Notes under the pieces: model-generated
Database searches by the model: none
The model's input: only the letters and a program-made list of their open reading frames with translations
Told to the model about the DNA's origin: nothing
Origin: an uncultured Actinomycetes bacterium
Lineage (GTDB): Bacteria; Actinomycetota; Thermoleophilia; RBG-16-64-13
Assembly: GCA_963841735.1 (NCBI GenBank)
Contig: CAWJDT010000001.1
Location: 1,708,514-1,772,513 of the forward strand
DNA: 64,000 nucleotides
Reading direction: 5' to 3'
Shown: positions 48,663-57,888 of the stretch, piece by piece
How positions within the stretch are numbered: position 1 is the first letter of the stretch
How the letters are laid out: each line of letters opens with the position of its first letter
Made by a program: the position numbers and the translations under genes

Positions 48663-49093
48663 CGGAGGAGACGGCGGTCGAGAAGGCTACGTTTGTTGTC
48701 CACAGCGGCGACTACGACAAGATCTACAGCGCCTTCATCATGGGCAACGGCTTCCTCGCCATGGGCATGGAAGTGTCGATGTACTTCACATTCTGGGGAT
48801 TGTTGCGACTGAAGAATGGTCAGCTGGACTCGGGCGAGCTGTCTAGGATGCACATGCTGGGATTGGGCAAGTGGATGGTCACACGGCGGATGAAGAAGAG
48901 CGGAGTGGCTTCGCTCGAGCGCCTGGCCCAAGATTTCAAGGAGTTGGGCGGAAAGATCTTCGCGTGCGACATGACCATGGACATCATGGGGGTCCGGCCG
49001 GAGGATCTGCGCCAGGATCTGATAACTGAGTACTGCGCGGTGGGGACCTACGTAGAAGAGGCCCGCCACTCCGCCGTCACGCTTTTCATTTAG
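48659..49093 (+). CDS. DsrE/DsrF/DrsH-like sulfur-transfer protein (DsrE2/YrkE type)
   Basis: SGDYDK, A.AMG.EV.(M/L)YFTFWGL..L, ACDMTMD.MG. GTGA overlap with the tusA stop. Confidence 0.88.
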   Translation: MTEETAVEKATFVVHSGDYDKIYSAFIMGNGFLAMGMEVSMYFTFWGLLRLKNGQLDSGELSRMHMLGLGKWMVTRRMKKSGVASLERLAQDFKELGGKIFACDMTMDIMGVRPEDLRQDLITEYCAVGTYVEEARHSAVTLFI

Positions 49094-49101
49094 GAGGCGG
49101 C

Positions 49102-50271
49102 ATGTTCGCGGAGACCGTATATCTCGACAACTCGGCCGCTACCCGACTTGACGAGCGCGTGCTCGAGGCCATGAAGCCGTTCTTCTTCGAGAAATTCGCG
49201 GTGGCCACTTCAGAGTTCGGATACTCGTTGGGCATCGAGTCCAAGGAGGCTCTCGATGAGGCCCGGGCTTCGCTCGCGCACAGATTGGGAGCGCAGTCCG
49301 AAGAGTTCGTGTTCACTTCGGGCAGCACCGAGTCCAGCAACATGGCCCTCAAGGGAGTGGCTCTGGCTCTGGGGGAGAAGAAGGGCCGGCACTTGGTGAC
49401 GTCGCGCATCGAGGACTTTCAGGTCTTAAATACCGGGGCGGCGCTTGGCAGAGCAGGCTTTCAAGTGACCTTGTTGGACGTCGATGGCGATGGACTGGTG
49501 GACCCGGCGGCGGTGGACAAAGCCATCACGCCCGAGACGATCCTGGTGTCGGTACAGCATGCCAATCAGGAGATTGGGACGATCCAGGATATCGAGAGCA
49601 TCGCGAATATCTGCCGTGCCAAAGGGGTCTTGTTCCATACCGACGCTACCCATAGCTTCGCGCGGCTGCCTCTCGACGTGAATCGCATCCCGGTCGACCT
49701 CGTGACGGTGGCCGGGCACACCATACACGGGCCGAAAGGGACGGGAGGCCTGTATGTGCGCTCCGGGACTCCCCTGGGCAAGTGGATGGACGGAGGGTTC
49801 CAGGAGTCCAACCGCCGGGCCGGAGTGGAGGATATCGCAGGGGCGGTGGGTTTCGCCACCGCCGCCGAATTGATCACAGAAGAAGAGAACCAGAGACTGC
49901 GCGAGCTCCGCGACCGGCTGCTTGGGCGTGCCTTGAGCGAGATCCCGTACACCGTTCTAAATGGGCACCCAACCAGGCGCCTGCCGCAGAATGCCAATAT
50001 CACGTTCCACTATGTCGAGGGGGAGTCGATCACTCTACAGCTCGACATGCGAGGCTTTGCCGTGAGCACCGGTTCTGCCTGCTTCAGCAAGTCGCTTGAG
50101 GCCAGCCACGTGATCATGGGCATCGGCGGGGATCACGAACGGGCACACGGGTCTGTTCGTTTCAGCTTGAGTCGCTACAACAATGAAGCCGACGTGGACG
50201 GGGTGATAGACGCTATCGCCGAAGTGGTGGCCGAGTTACGCGCCATCAGTCCGCTTACGCCCAAGGACTAA
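49102..50271 (+). CDS. IscS/NifS-like cysteine desulfurase homolog with a degenerate PLP site
   Basis: YLDN.A.T, FTSG.TES.N, H.DAT, GPKG, STGSAC, GSVRFS are present, but GHT replaces GHK and EDF replaces EH. Confidence 0.9.
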   Translation: MFAETVYLDNSAATRLDERVLEAMKPFFFEKFAVATSEFGYSLGIESKEALDEARASLAHRLGAQSEEFVFTSGSTESSNMALKGVALALGEKKGRHLVTSRIEDFQVLNTGAALGRAGFQVTLLDVDGDGLVDPAAVDKAITPETILVSVQHANQEIGTIQDIESIANICRAKGVLFHTDATHSFARLPLDVNRIPVDLVTVAGHTIHGPKGTGGLYVRSGTPLGKWMDGGFQESNRRAGVEDIAGAVGFATAAELITEEENQRLRELRDRLLGRALSEIPYTVLNGHPTRRLPQNANITFHYVEGESITLQLDMRGFAVSTGSACFSKSLEASHVIMGIGGDHERAHGSVRFSLSRYNNEADVDGVIDAIAEVVAELRAISPLTPKD

Positions 50272-50285
50272 GGAGGCAAACAAGG

Positions 50286-50921
50286 ATGGCATTCCCCTAC
50301 AACGACAAGGTGCTGGAGCATTTCCGTCACCCCCAGAACGTCGGCAAGATAGAGGACGCCGACGGGGTCTCCACAGAAGGCAGCCCGGCCTGTGGGGACA
50401 TGGTCTCGCTATCCATAAAGGTGAATCCAGAGACAAAGGTGCTCGAGGACGTCAAGTTCGAGTCGTATGGATGCGCGTCGAACATCGCCACCGGTTCTAT
50501 CATCACCGAGTTGGCCAGGGGCAAGACCATCTCGGAGGCGAAGAAGATCAGCTGGAAACAGGCGTCAGAAGAGCTGGGCGGGCTTCCGGCGATCAAGGCG
50601 CATTGCTCGGTGCTGGCCGTCGAGGGTCTGCGTGCTGCAATACGTGACTACGAAGAGAAGAACGGCCTGGTCGAGGAGCGCGAACCTACCACTGAGGCTG
50701 TGGTCAAACGTCGCCTTCGGCACGTGATGAACCCGCTGAAAGGTCTTGACGTAGTGCGCACGGATTTGATCAAAGAGATCGAGGTCAAGGACGGCGTGGT
50801 GCGGGTAGTGGCCGACCTGGCCCCGGACCACCAGTTCGCGGCTGTGATCAAGGCGGACATCGCCGAGAAGATCCAGCCTCTCTGGGACGTGAACGAGGTG
50901 GTCATCAAGTTCGTGGGATGA
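50286..50921 (+). CDS. IscU/NifU Fe-S scaffold fused to a C-terminal DUF59-like domain
   Basis: HF..P.N.G, G.PACGD, GCAS, LP..K.HCS.LA. C-term L..V.NP..G.DVV...LI..I.V.DG.V.V. Confidence 0.88.
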   Translation: MAFPYNDKVLEHFRHPQNVGKIEDADGVSTEGSPACGDMVSLSIKVNPETKVLEDVKFESYGCASNIATGSIITELARGKTISEAKKISWKQASEELGGLPAIKAHCSVLAVEGLRAAIRDYEEKNGLVEEREPTTEAVVKRRLRHVMNPLKGLDVVRTDLIKEIEVKDGVVRVVADLAPDHQFAAVIKADIAEKIQPLWDVNEVVIKFVG

Positions 50922-51086
50922 GAGATGCCGAGGGCCACTTCTCCACCGAGGGGCGTCCGAGTCGACCGTGCTGAGTCTGGCGACATCCTGGTGACGGACT
51001 GTTCTGGCTGCGCTATCGCCCGGTTGGGTTATGATTCCAGTCATGTCGACCTCTAGCTCATCATCTAGCGGCCTGTCTGGGGCAGA

Positions 51087-52061
51087 GTGAACGGGATGGT
51101 GGCCGTCTGGGTGATCGTCTTCGTCGTGTCCCTCGCCGCTCTGGTCAAGTCGGCCGATTGGTTTACCGAGGGCGCGGAGGAACTCGGCGTATTTCTGGGC
51201 ATGCCCACGTACGTGGTCGGTCTTACGATCGTCGCCATGGGCACATCCTTACCCGAATTGGTGAGTTCCATCTTCGCAGTCGCTCAGGGTTCTCCCGAGA
51301 TCGTGGCCGGCAACGCGGTCGGTTCCAACATGACGAATATCTGCTTGGTTTTGGCCGTCGGGGCGATCATCGGCGGACGCTTGTTCGTGGCTCGCGAGAT
51401 CGTGAAGATCGATCTACCTATGCTCGCGAGTTCGACCGCGCTCCTGGGCCTGGCCGCTTTGGATGGAACGATCAGCCGAGGCGATGGAGTTCTCCTTGTC
51501 GTGGGGGCGGTCATCTATGGGTTCTATGGCCTGCGAATATCTCGGCCCACCAGGGTCACCCAGGCCACGGTGGAAGCAGCCATCCAAGAAGATCTCAAGC
51601 CGGCGCGCGATCGCTTGCGTCCGCTAGTGGTGGTCAGGCTCGCGGGTGGAGCCGCCATGCTCTACTTTGCCGCTCGGTATACCATCAGGTCGGTGATCGA
51701 ACTATCCACCATCTTCAATATTGGTGCCGATGTGATTGCCATATCGGCGGTCGCGTTGGGGACTTCCCTTCCTGAGTTGGTGGTGAGCGTGGTCGCCGCC
51801 CGCCGCGGCAAGCTCGAGATAGCTATGGCCAACGTGCTTGGTTCCAACATATTCAACGCCTTCGCTGTCGTCGGCATCCCTGCCCTCATAACACCTCTCC
51901 CAGTGACGGGGCCTGTGCTTACGATCGGTCTTCCGTTCATGGCCGTGGCTACGATCCTCTACTTCTTCATGGCGCAAGACCGCGAAGTCACGCGCTGGGA
52001 AGGCATGCCGCTCATCCTGCTCTACATTCTCTTCCTGGGCACGCTATTCGGGCTGTTCTAG
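51087..52061 (+). CDS. Calcium/sodium antiporter (YrbG-like)
   Basis: Two alpha repeats GTSLPEL and GN.VGSN / NVLGSNIFN. Confidence 0.92.
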   Translation: MNGMVAVWVIVFVVSLAALVKSADWFTEGAEELGVFLGMPTYVVGLTIVAMGTSLPELVSSIFAVAQGSPEIVAGNAVGSNMTNICLVLAVGAIIGGRLFVAREIVKIDLPMLASSTALLGLAALDGTISRGDGVLLVVGAVIYGFYGLRISRPTRVTQATVEAAIQEDLKPARDRLRPLVVVRLAGGAAMLYFAARYTIRSVIELSTIFNIGADVIAISAVALGTSLPELVVSVVAARRGKLEIAMANVLGSNIFNAFAVVGIPALITPLPVTGPVLTIGLPFMAVATILYFFMAQDREVTRWEGMPLILLYILFLGTLFGLF

Positions 52062-52255
52062 GCGGCTACCCTCGGTTCGAGGGATGAAGGCAGCCAAAGG
52101 AAGCAGGGATGGGCCGGTGCGCGTGACTTGCCGGGCGTGGATTCCCGGCTCGCAGGGAACACTACCTAGGTAGACCTAGCGCAAGACGGCCCCGCCGACT
52201 GGGAGCGCGATGCGAGACCTGATGCCGATGGCTCAAGATCAATGTCGCCACTCGG

Positions 52256-55200
52256 GTGTCTCGCCCGGAAAGGCGGGCTGACGCTTTGCTCAAGCGCTGG
52301 GTTTGTTCCAGGACTCGCCTCGCCATGCTGCTTGTTGGCCTCGGGGGCACGATAGTCGTCATTCTCGCTGTCGTCGTCATCGGTCGTTTGGTGTTCCTTG
52401 ACCGCTACCAGACCCTAGAGCAACAGACGGTTCAGGAGAAGATGGAGCGGACCGTCCGCGCGCTGGCCCTCAACACCGAGAATCTCGAGCGAGTAGCCGT
52501 GGACTGGGCTGTGTGGAACGCGCCCTACGACTTCATGGAGACCGGCGACCAGGCGTTTGTGAGCGACAACCTGGCCGGGGATGCTCTCGTCAACATAGAT
52601 GTCGATGCCATGGCGTTCCTGGATAACCAGGGAGAGGTGAGGCTGCTGGCTACCGCCGACCGGCGTTTTGCCTACGGTGCCGATGCCGGCCCTGGGCTGT
52701 CCGCATTGGCTCAGGCCACCGGGTCTGAGTTGGTGGTGGCGGCTCGGGCCGGCCCGGTGTCCGGGGTGGTCGGTTCGCCCAGCGGGCCTCAGCTCATCGC
52801 GATTCACGCCATCGTGCCTTCCGATGGCTTGGGCGAGGCCCGCGGGGTGCTGGTGGTCACGAAAGCACTTGACAGAGAGGCGCTGGATTCGATGTCGGCG
52901 CTCACCGGGACCAAGGTGGATGCCTACGCCGCCGGAGACCCGGGATTGTCCGCCGAACAGCCTTGGCTGGCGGCTGAACTCGGTTGGGAGCAAGTCACGC
53001 TGGTCCGCCCGCTGGGCGGAGATCACGTGGCCGGATTCGTGGGGTTCCGAGACATCTTCGGCCGGCCGGCGCTGGTGCTTGAGGCCCAAGAGGATCGTCC
53101 GGAGTATCGGGAAGCTGTCAGAGCGGTTTGGCTCTTCGGCGTGGCGCTGGTGGCACTCTGGCTGGTGGCCGCGGGGGTGGCGTACGTACTGGTCAGGCGG
53201 TTGGCCGCCTCCCGGGGCAAGCTGGAGGCAAGCGAGCGCCTGCACCGGACCGTGCGTGGGCAGTCTAGTGAGGGCCTGATACTCGCGGACCGCGGATCGG
53301 GGACCATAGTGGAGGCCAACCAGGCCTTCGCCGAGCTGTCGGGCTACGCCCCCTCGGAGATGGTAGGCCTCACGCTCGCCGCGGTCCTCGGTGATGCCGA
53401 GGTGCTGGTTGCCGGTGCCGAGCAACGGGAAGGTGGGCTCTCGTCCGCGAACCGTCACAGGCGCCTCCGGCGCAAAGATGGTGCCGAGGTGGAGGTGGAA
53501 TTGACCGTCAGTGTCATCCAGCAGACTTCGAACGAAGTGCTCTCCCTGGTTGTTCGGGACATCACCGAGAGCAGGCAGGCGGAGGAGAATCTGGCACGCG
53601 TCAGCCGGCACAATGAACTCATCCTGGGCTCAGTGGCTGAAGGGATATTGGGGTTGGACAGGCAGGGTAATCATACTTTCGTCAACCCACGTGCGGCAAC
53701 AATGCTTGGCTACGAAGTCGAAGAGCTGATCGGCAGTCCCAGCCACAGCCTCTGGCACCATACCAAACCTGACGGAAGCCCGTATCCCATTGAAGAGTGC
53801 GAGATCTACGCCTCCGTTCGGGAGGGGAAAGTACGCAGGGTATCCACCGAAGTTTTTTGGCGGAAGGATGGCACCAGCTTCCCTGTCGAATACGCCAGCA
53901 CGCCTATCAAAGGACGGGGTCGCTTGGTGGGCACCGTGGTGACCTTCTTGGATATCACCGAGCGCAGGGAGGCGGAGCAGGCGCTGATCGAGAGCGAAGG
54001 CCGCTACCAAACCCTGGTGAATCTCAGTCCCGACGCCATGATCGTCAATTACCACGGCAAATATGTCTTCGCCAATCAGGCCGCCGCCAGACTGTTCGGG
54101 GCGGACTCGCCAAGAGAGCTACTCGGCCAAGAGGGACTTGAACGCGTCCACCCCGATGATCGCGAGTTGATAGCCCAAAGGGCCACTGAGATCATGGCCG
54201 GAGCCGAGTTTGCGCCCACGGAGATCAGGCTTCTGCGCCTGGACGGTAGTCCTGTGACGGTCGAGACCAGCTCCGCGAGCATAGAGTTCGACGGCGGTCC
54301 GGCCAGGCAGGTGGTCTTTCGTGACATCTCCGAGCGCGTGCGCATGGAGAAGACTCTGCGCATCATCCAGTACTCGGTGGATCACGCTGCCGACAACATC
54401 TTCTGGCTCGACCGGCAGGGCAATATCACCTACGCGAGCAAGTCTACCTGCGAGCGGCTCGGCTACTCGCTCGAGGAGATGCTCGACCTGACCATATACG
54501 ACATCGACCCGGCGGCGCCTACGCCGTGGCACGAGCACTGGCAACAAGTGAGAGCGCAGGGGAGTCGGATTTTCGAGGCCATTCACCGCGCCAAGGACGG
54601 CACACTCGTGCCGGTGGAGGTGAGCACCAACCTGGTGATCTACGAAGGCGACGAGTACCACTTCTCGTATGCGCGCGACATCACCGAGCGCAAGCAGACA
54701 GAGGAGGCCTTGCGGAGGGCGGCGGAGCGGACCGAGGTGGCCAATCGCGAGCTTGAGCACGCGGTCGGCCGCGCCAACCAATTGGCCGCGGAAGCTCAGG
54801 CTGCCAGCGCCGCCAAGGGTGAGTTCGTCGCCAACATGAGTCACGAGATCCGAACTCCCATCAATGGGGTGATCGGCATGACCAGCCTGCTTCTCGACAC
54901 GGACTTAAACCCTCTCCAGATGGACTACGCGGAGACGGTGCGGGTGAGTGCCGAGTCGCTGCTTACCATCGTGAACGACATACTCGACTTCTCCAAAATC
55001 GAGGCCGGCAAACTGGAGATGGAGGATCTGGCCTTTGATCTTCGCAATACCCTCGAGGAAATGGGCGACCTGCTGGCCATGAATGCCCACGAAAAGGGCC
55101 TGGAGTTCACCACTCTGATCGAGCCCGAAGTGCCTTCGCGCCTGTGTGGCGACCCGGGGCGCCTGCGCCAGGTGCTGACCAACCTGGTGGGGAATGCCGT

Positions 55201-56842
55201 GAAGTTCACCGCGCAGGGCGAAGTAGCCGTGGCGGTGTCCGTGGACTCAGAGGACGACAAGACGGCGACGCTACGCTTTGCCGTGCGCGACACGGGCATC
55301 GGTATCCCGGGGGACAAGCTGGAGGGTCTCTTCCAACCCTTCACCCAGGCGGACTCCTCTACCACGAGACGCTTTGGGGGCACAGGACTGGGGCTTTCGA
55401 TTTCGAAGAGTCTGGTGGAGCTCTTCCATGGCCAAATAGGGGCAACGAGCACCCCCGGCGAGGGTTCGACTTTCTGGTTCACCGCCCGCTTTGAAAAACA
55501 GGCCGAGGTCGCTGGCGAGGTCGCTGGCGATCCCGAAGCGGCTTCCAAGGAGCCTGGTTTTGCGAGCGTGGAGGGCAGTCGCATCTTGGCCGTGGATGAC
55601 AACGCGACCAACCGCAAGGTGGTTGCGGGCATGCTCAGTGCTTGGGGAGCTCGTCACATGGAGGTGGAGGGCGCCAGCCGGGTGCTTGAGCTCTTGCGGA
55701 GCGCGGCGCGCGAAGGAGATCCTTACCGCATCGTCGTCTTGGACATGCAGATGCCGGACGTGGATGGGGAGACGCTCGGAAAGATGATCAGAGAGGACCA
55801 CACACTGGATGGGTGTTCTCTCGTCATGATGACCTCGATGGGCGGCAGAGGAGACGCGGGTCGCCTGGAGAAAGCCGGTTTTTCCGCTTACCTGACGAAA
55901 CCGGTGAAGCAATCGCAGCTGCACGACTGCCTGGTGACGGTTCTAAATCGCGGGCTGATTTCCGAAACGCCCGCGGCTGCTCGCATAGTCACTCGGCACA
56001 GCCTGACCGATCAGGCCAAGAGTCGCGTACGGGTGCTGCTCGCGGAGGACAACCCCATAAATCGTAAGGTCGCTCTCGCTATGTTGGAGAAGCTTGGGTA
56101 TCGGGCCGATGCGGTTGTCAATGGTCTTGAGGCGCTGTCCGCTCTGGGTTCGCGGTCATACGATCTTGTGCTGATGGATGTCCAGATGCCGGAGATGGAT
56201 GGTCTTGAGGCCACCGGCCAAGTGCGCGATCCGAGTTCTGCCGTCCGGAATCACGATATTCCTATCGTCGCGCTTACCGCGGCGGCCATGAAGGGAGACC
56301 GTGAGAAGTGCATGGCTGCCGGAATGACCGACTACCTCACGAAACCTCTGCGCCCCGAGGAACTTGGGCGCGTGATCGAGCGTTGGACCGCGGGAGCTGA
56401 GGGAAGGCGGTCGGTGGCGCCTGGGCCGGCGGCGCCCCTGTCGCGAGCGGTTTCCGCGGCGCCGCGGGAGGCGGCCCAAAAGGGCTCAGTTCCGGTGTTC
56501 GACCGCGGGGCTCTTCTGAGCACTCTTGGAGGTGACAGAGGGTTGGCCCAAGAGATCATGGTGGAATTCCTCGCCGATGTTCGGCGGCAACTTGACGCAT
56601 TTCGTGTGACCGCCGAGTCAGGCCCCGCGGCGCAACTTGCGCGCCAGGCACACTCGCTCAAAGGGGCAGCGGGAACGGTAGGCGCCCTCGCGCTGAGAGC
56701 AGAGGCCGATCGACTGGAGACTGATGCCCGACAGGCAGGCGAAGGACAACTCGAGCGTGGTGAGGGGAGAGTCGCCGCGCTTGAGGTTGCCTTCGAGGAG
56801 TTCGCGGACGTCTGGGAACGGGACGGATTGGGGGAGGCGTAG
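52256..56842 (+). CDS. Hybrid sensor kinase: CHASE4, 4x PAS, HisKA/HATPase, 2x REC, Hpt
   Basis: DWA.W...Y (CHASE4), PAS/PAC motifs, MSHEIRTP, N/G1/F/G2 boxes, two D.QMP receivers, AHSLKG. Start codon uncertain. Confidence 0.92.
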   Translation: MSRPERRADALLKRWVCSRTRLAMLLVGLGGTIVVILAVVVIGRLVFLDRYQTLEQQTVQEKMERTVRALALNTENLERVAVDWAVWNAPYDFMETGDQAFVSDNLAGDALVNIDVDAMAFLDNQGEVRLLATADRRFAYGADAGPGLSALAQATGSELVVAARAGPVSGVVGSPSGPQLIAIHAIVPSDGLGEARGVLVVTKALDREALDSMSALTGTKVDAYAAGDPGLSAEQPWLAAELGWEQVTLVRPLGGDHVAGFVGFRDIFGRPALVLEAQEDRPEYREAVRAVWLFGVALVALWLVAAGVAYVLVRRLAASRGKLEASERLHRTVRGQSSEGLILADRGSGTIVEANQAFAELSGYAPSEMVGLTLAAVLGDAEVLVAGAEQREGGLSSANRHRRLRRKDGAEVEVELTVSVIQQTSNEVLSLVVRDITESRQAEENLARVSRHNELILGSVAEGILGLDRQGNHTFVNPRAATMLGYEVEELIGSPSHSLWHHTKPDGSPYPIEECEIYASVREGKVRRVSTEVFWRKDGTSFPVEYASTPIKGRGRLVGTVVTFLDITERREAEQALIESEGRYQTLVNLSPDAMIVNYHGKYVFANQAAARLFGADSPRELLGQEGLERVHPDDRELIAQRATEIMAGAEFAPTEIRLLRLDGSPVTVETSSASIEFDGGPARQVVFRDISERVRMEKTLRIIQYSVDHAADNIFWLDRQGNITYASKSTCERLGYSLEEMLDLTIYDIDPAAPTPWHEHWQQVRAQGSRIFEAIHRAKDGTLVPVEVSTNLVIYEGDEYHFSYARDITERKQTEEALRRAAERTEVANRELEHAVGRANQLAAEAQAASAAKGEFVANMSHEIRTPINGVIGMTSLLLDTDLNPLQMDYAETVRVSAESLLTIVNDILDFSKIEAGKLEMEDLAFDLRNTLEEMGDLLAMNAHEKGLEFTTLIEPEVPSRLCGDPGRLRQVLTNLVGNAVKFTAQGEVAVAVSVDSEDDKTATLRFAVRDTGIGIPGDKLEGLFQPFTQADSSTTRRFGGTGLGLSISKSLVELFHGQIGATSTPGEGSTFWFTARFEKQAEVAGEVAGDPEAASKEPGFASVEGSRILAVDDNATNRKVVAGMLSAWGARHMEVEGASRVLELLRSAAREGDPYRIVVLDMQMPDVDGETLGKMIREDHTLDGCSLVMMTSMGGRGDAGRLEKAGFSAYLTKPVKQSQLHDCLVTVLNRGLISETPAAARIVTRHSLTDQAKSRVRVLLAEDNPINRKVALAMLEKLGYRADAVVNGLEALSALGSRSYDLVLMDVQMPEMDGLEATGQVRDPSSAVRNHDIPIVALTAAAMKGDREKCMAAGMTDYLTKPLRPEELGRVIERWTAGAEGRRSVAPGPAAPLSRAVSAAPREAAQKGSVPVFDRGALLSTLGGDRGLAQEIMVEFLADVRRQLDAFRVTAESGPAAQLARQAHSLKGAAGTVGALALRAEADRLETDARQAGEGQLERGEGRVAALEVAFEEFADVWERDGLGEA

Positions 56843-56844
56843 CT

Positions 56845-57777
56845 ATGAGGGTGCTTGTCGCTGAGGACGATCTCACTTCGCGGCTTGTTCTGCAGAACAG
56901 TATGGCGAAGTGGGGCTATGAGGTCTTGTCGGTTGCCGACGGGGATAGGGCATGGGAGGAGTTGCAGAAACCGGATGCTCCGGTCCTGCTGGTGCTCGAC
57001 TGGGAGATGCCCGGCATGGATGGCATCGATCTATGCCGTAAGGTAAGGGCCGGTGAGGGCGGCCATCCCTCTTACATCATCTTGCTCACTTCGCGCAGCG
57101 ACACAGAGAATCTAGTGGCGGGTCTTGAGGCCGGTGCCAACGACTACGTGGGCAAGCCTTTTGTGGCCGCCGAACTGCGGGCCCGCGTGGACGTGGGACG
57201 CCGCTTCGTGGAGCTTCATGAGCAGCTTCATGCTTCGGAACTCGCGCTCGAGCATCTCGCGCGCACCGATCTCCTGACGCAGATAATGAACCGGGGGGCG
57301 ATCATGGGGAGGCTGCGCGAGGAGGTCGCTCGGAGCAAGCGAGAGGGATCGCCGCTGGCTGTCGGAGAGCTGGATATCGATTACTTCAAGCGTGTGAACG
57401 ATTCGCATGGGCACGCGGCTGGTGATGAGGTGCTGCGCGAAGTGGTGCGGCGGTTGGCGGTCGCATTCCGTCCCTACGACTGCCTCGGCCGGATCGGAGG
57501 GGAAGAATTCCTGCTCCTGATCCCTGGGGCGGGTTCGGACAATGCGCGAGCGGTTCTGGAGCGGCTTCGGCGGGCGGTCTGCGCTACCGCGGTCGAGTAC
57601 GAGGATATCCATATCGATGTGACCGTCAGCCTGGGCGGCACGATCACTCGCGGCGACGAACCCGAAGATCGGATTCTCTTACGGGCCGACGACGCCCTCT
57701 ATAGAGCCAAGGAACTGGGCCGCAACCGCGTGGAAATGGCGGATGAGGCGCACCCCACGAAAGATCAGGAGCCTTGA
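56845..57777 (+). CDS. Response-regulator diguanylate cyclase (REC-GGDEF, PleD/WspR-like)
   Basis: REC with DWEMP, D.D.FK.VND..GH..GD, RPYD I-site, GGEEF. Confidence 0.93.
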   Translation: MRVLVAEDDLTSRLVLQNSMAKWGYEVLSVADGDRAWEELQKPDAPVLLVLDWEMPGMDGIDLCRKVRAGEGGHPSYIILLTSRSDTENLVAGLEAGANDYVGKPFVAAELRARVDVGRRFVELHEQLHASELALEHLARTDLLTQIMNRGAIMGRLREEVARSKREGSPLAVGELDIDYFKRVNDSHGHAAGDEVLREVVRRLAVAFRPYDCLGRIGGEEFLLLIPGAGSDNARAVLERLRRAVCATAVEYEDIHIDVTVSLGGTITRGDEPEDRILLRADDALYRAKELGRNRVEMADEAHPTKDQEP

Positions 57778-57888
57778 GTGGGTCATCGGCTCCGCTAGTT
57801 GATGCCGGCGCACGTGGTGTTCGGCCCTGTGCTAGGCTCAGGATAACTCGCGGTATCACAGATGGCAGACGTGCTGCGGAGACCCTGA

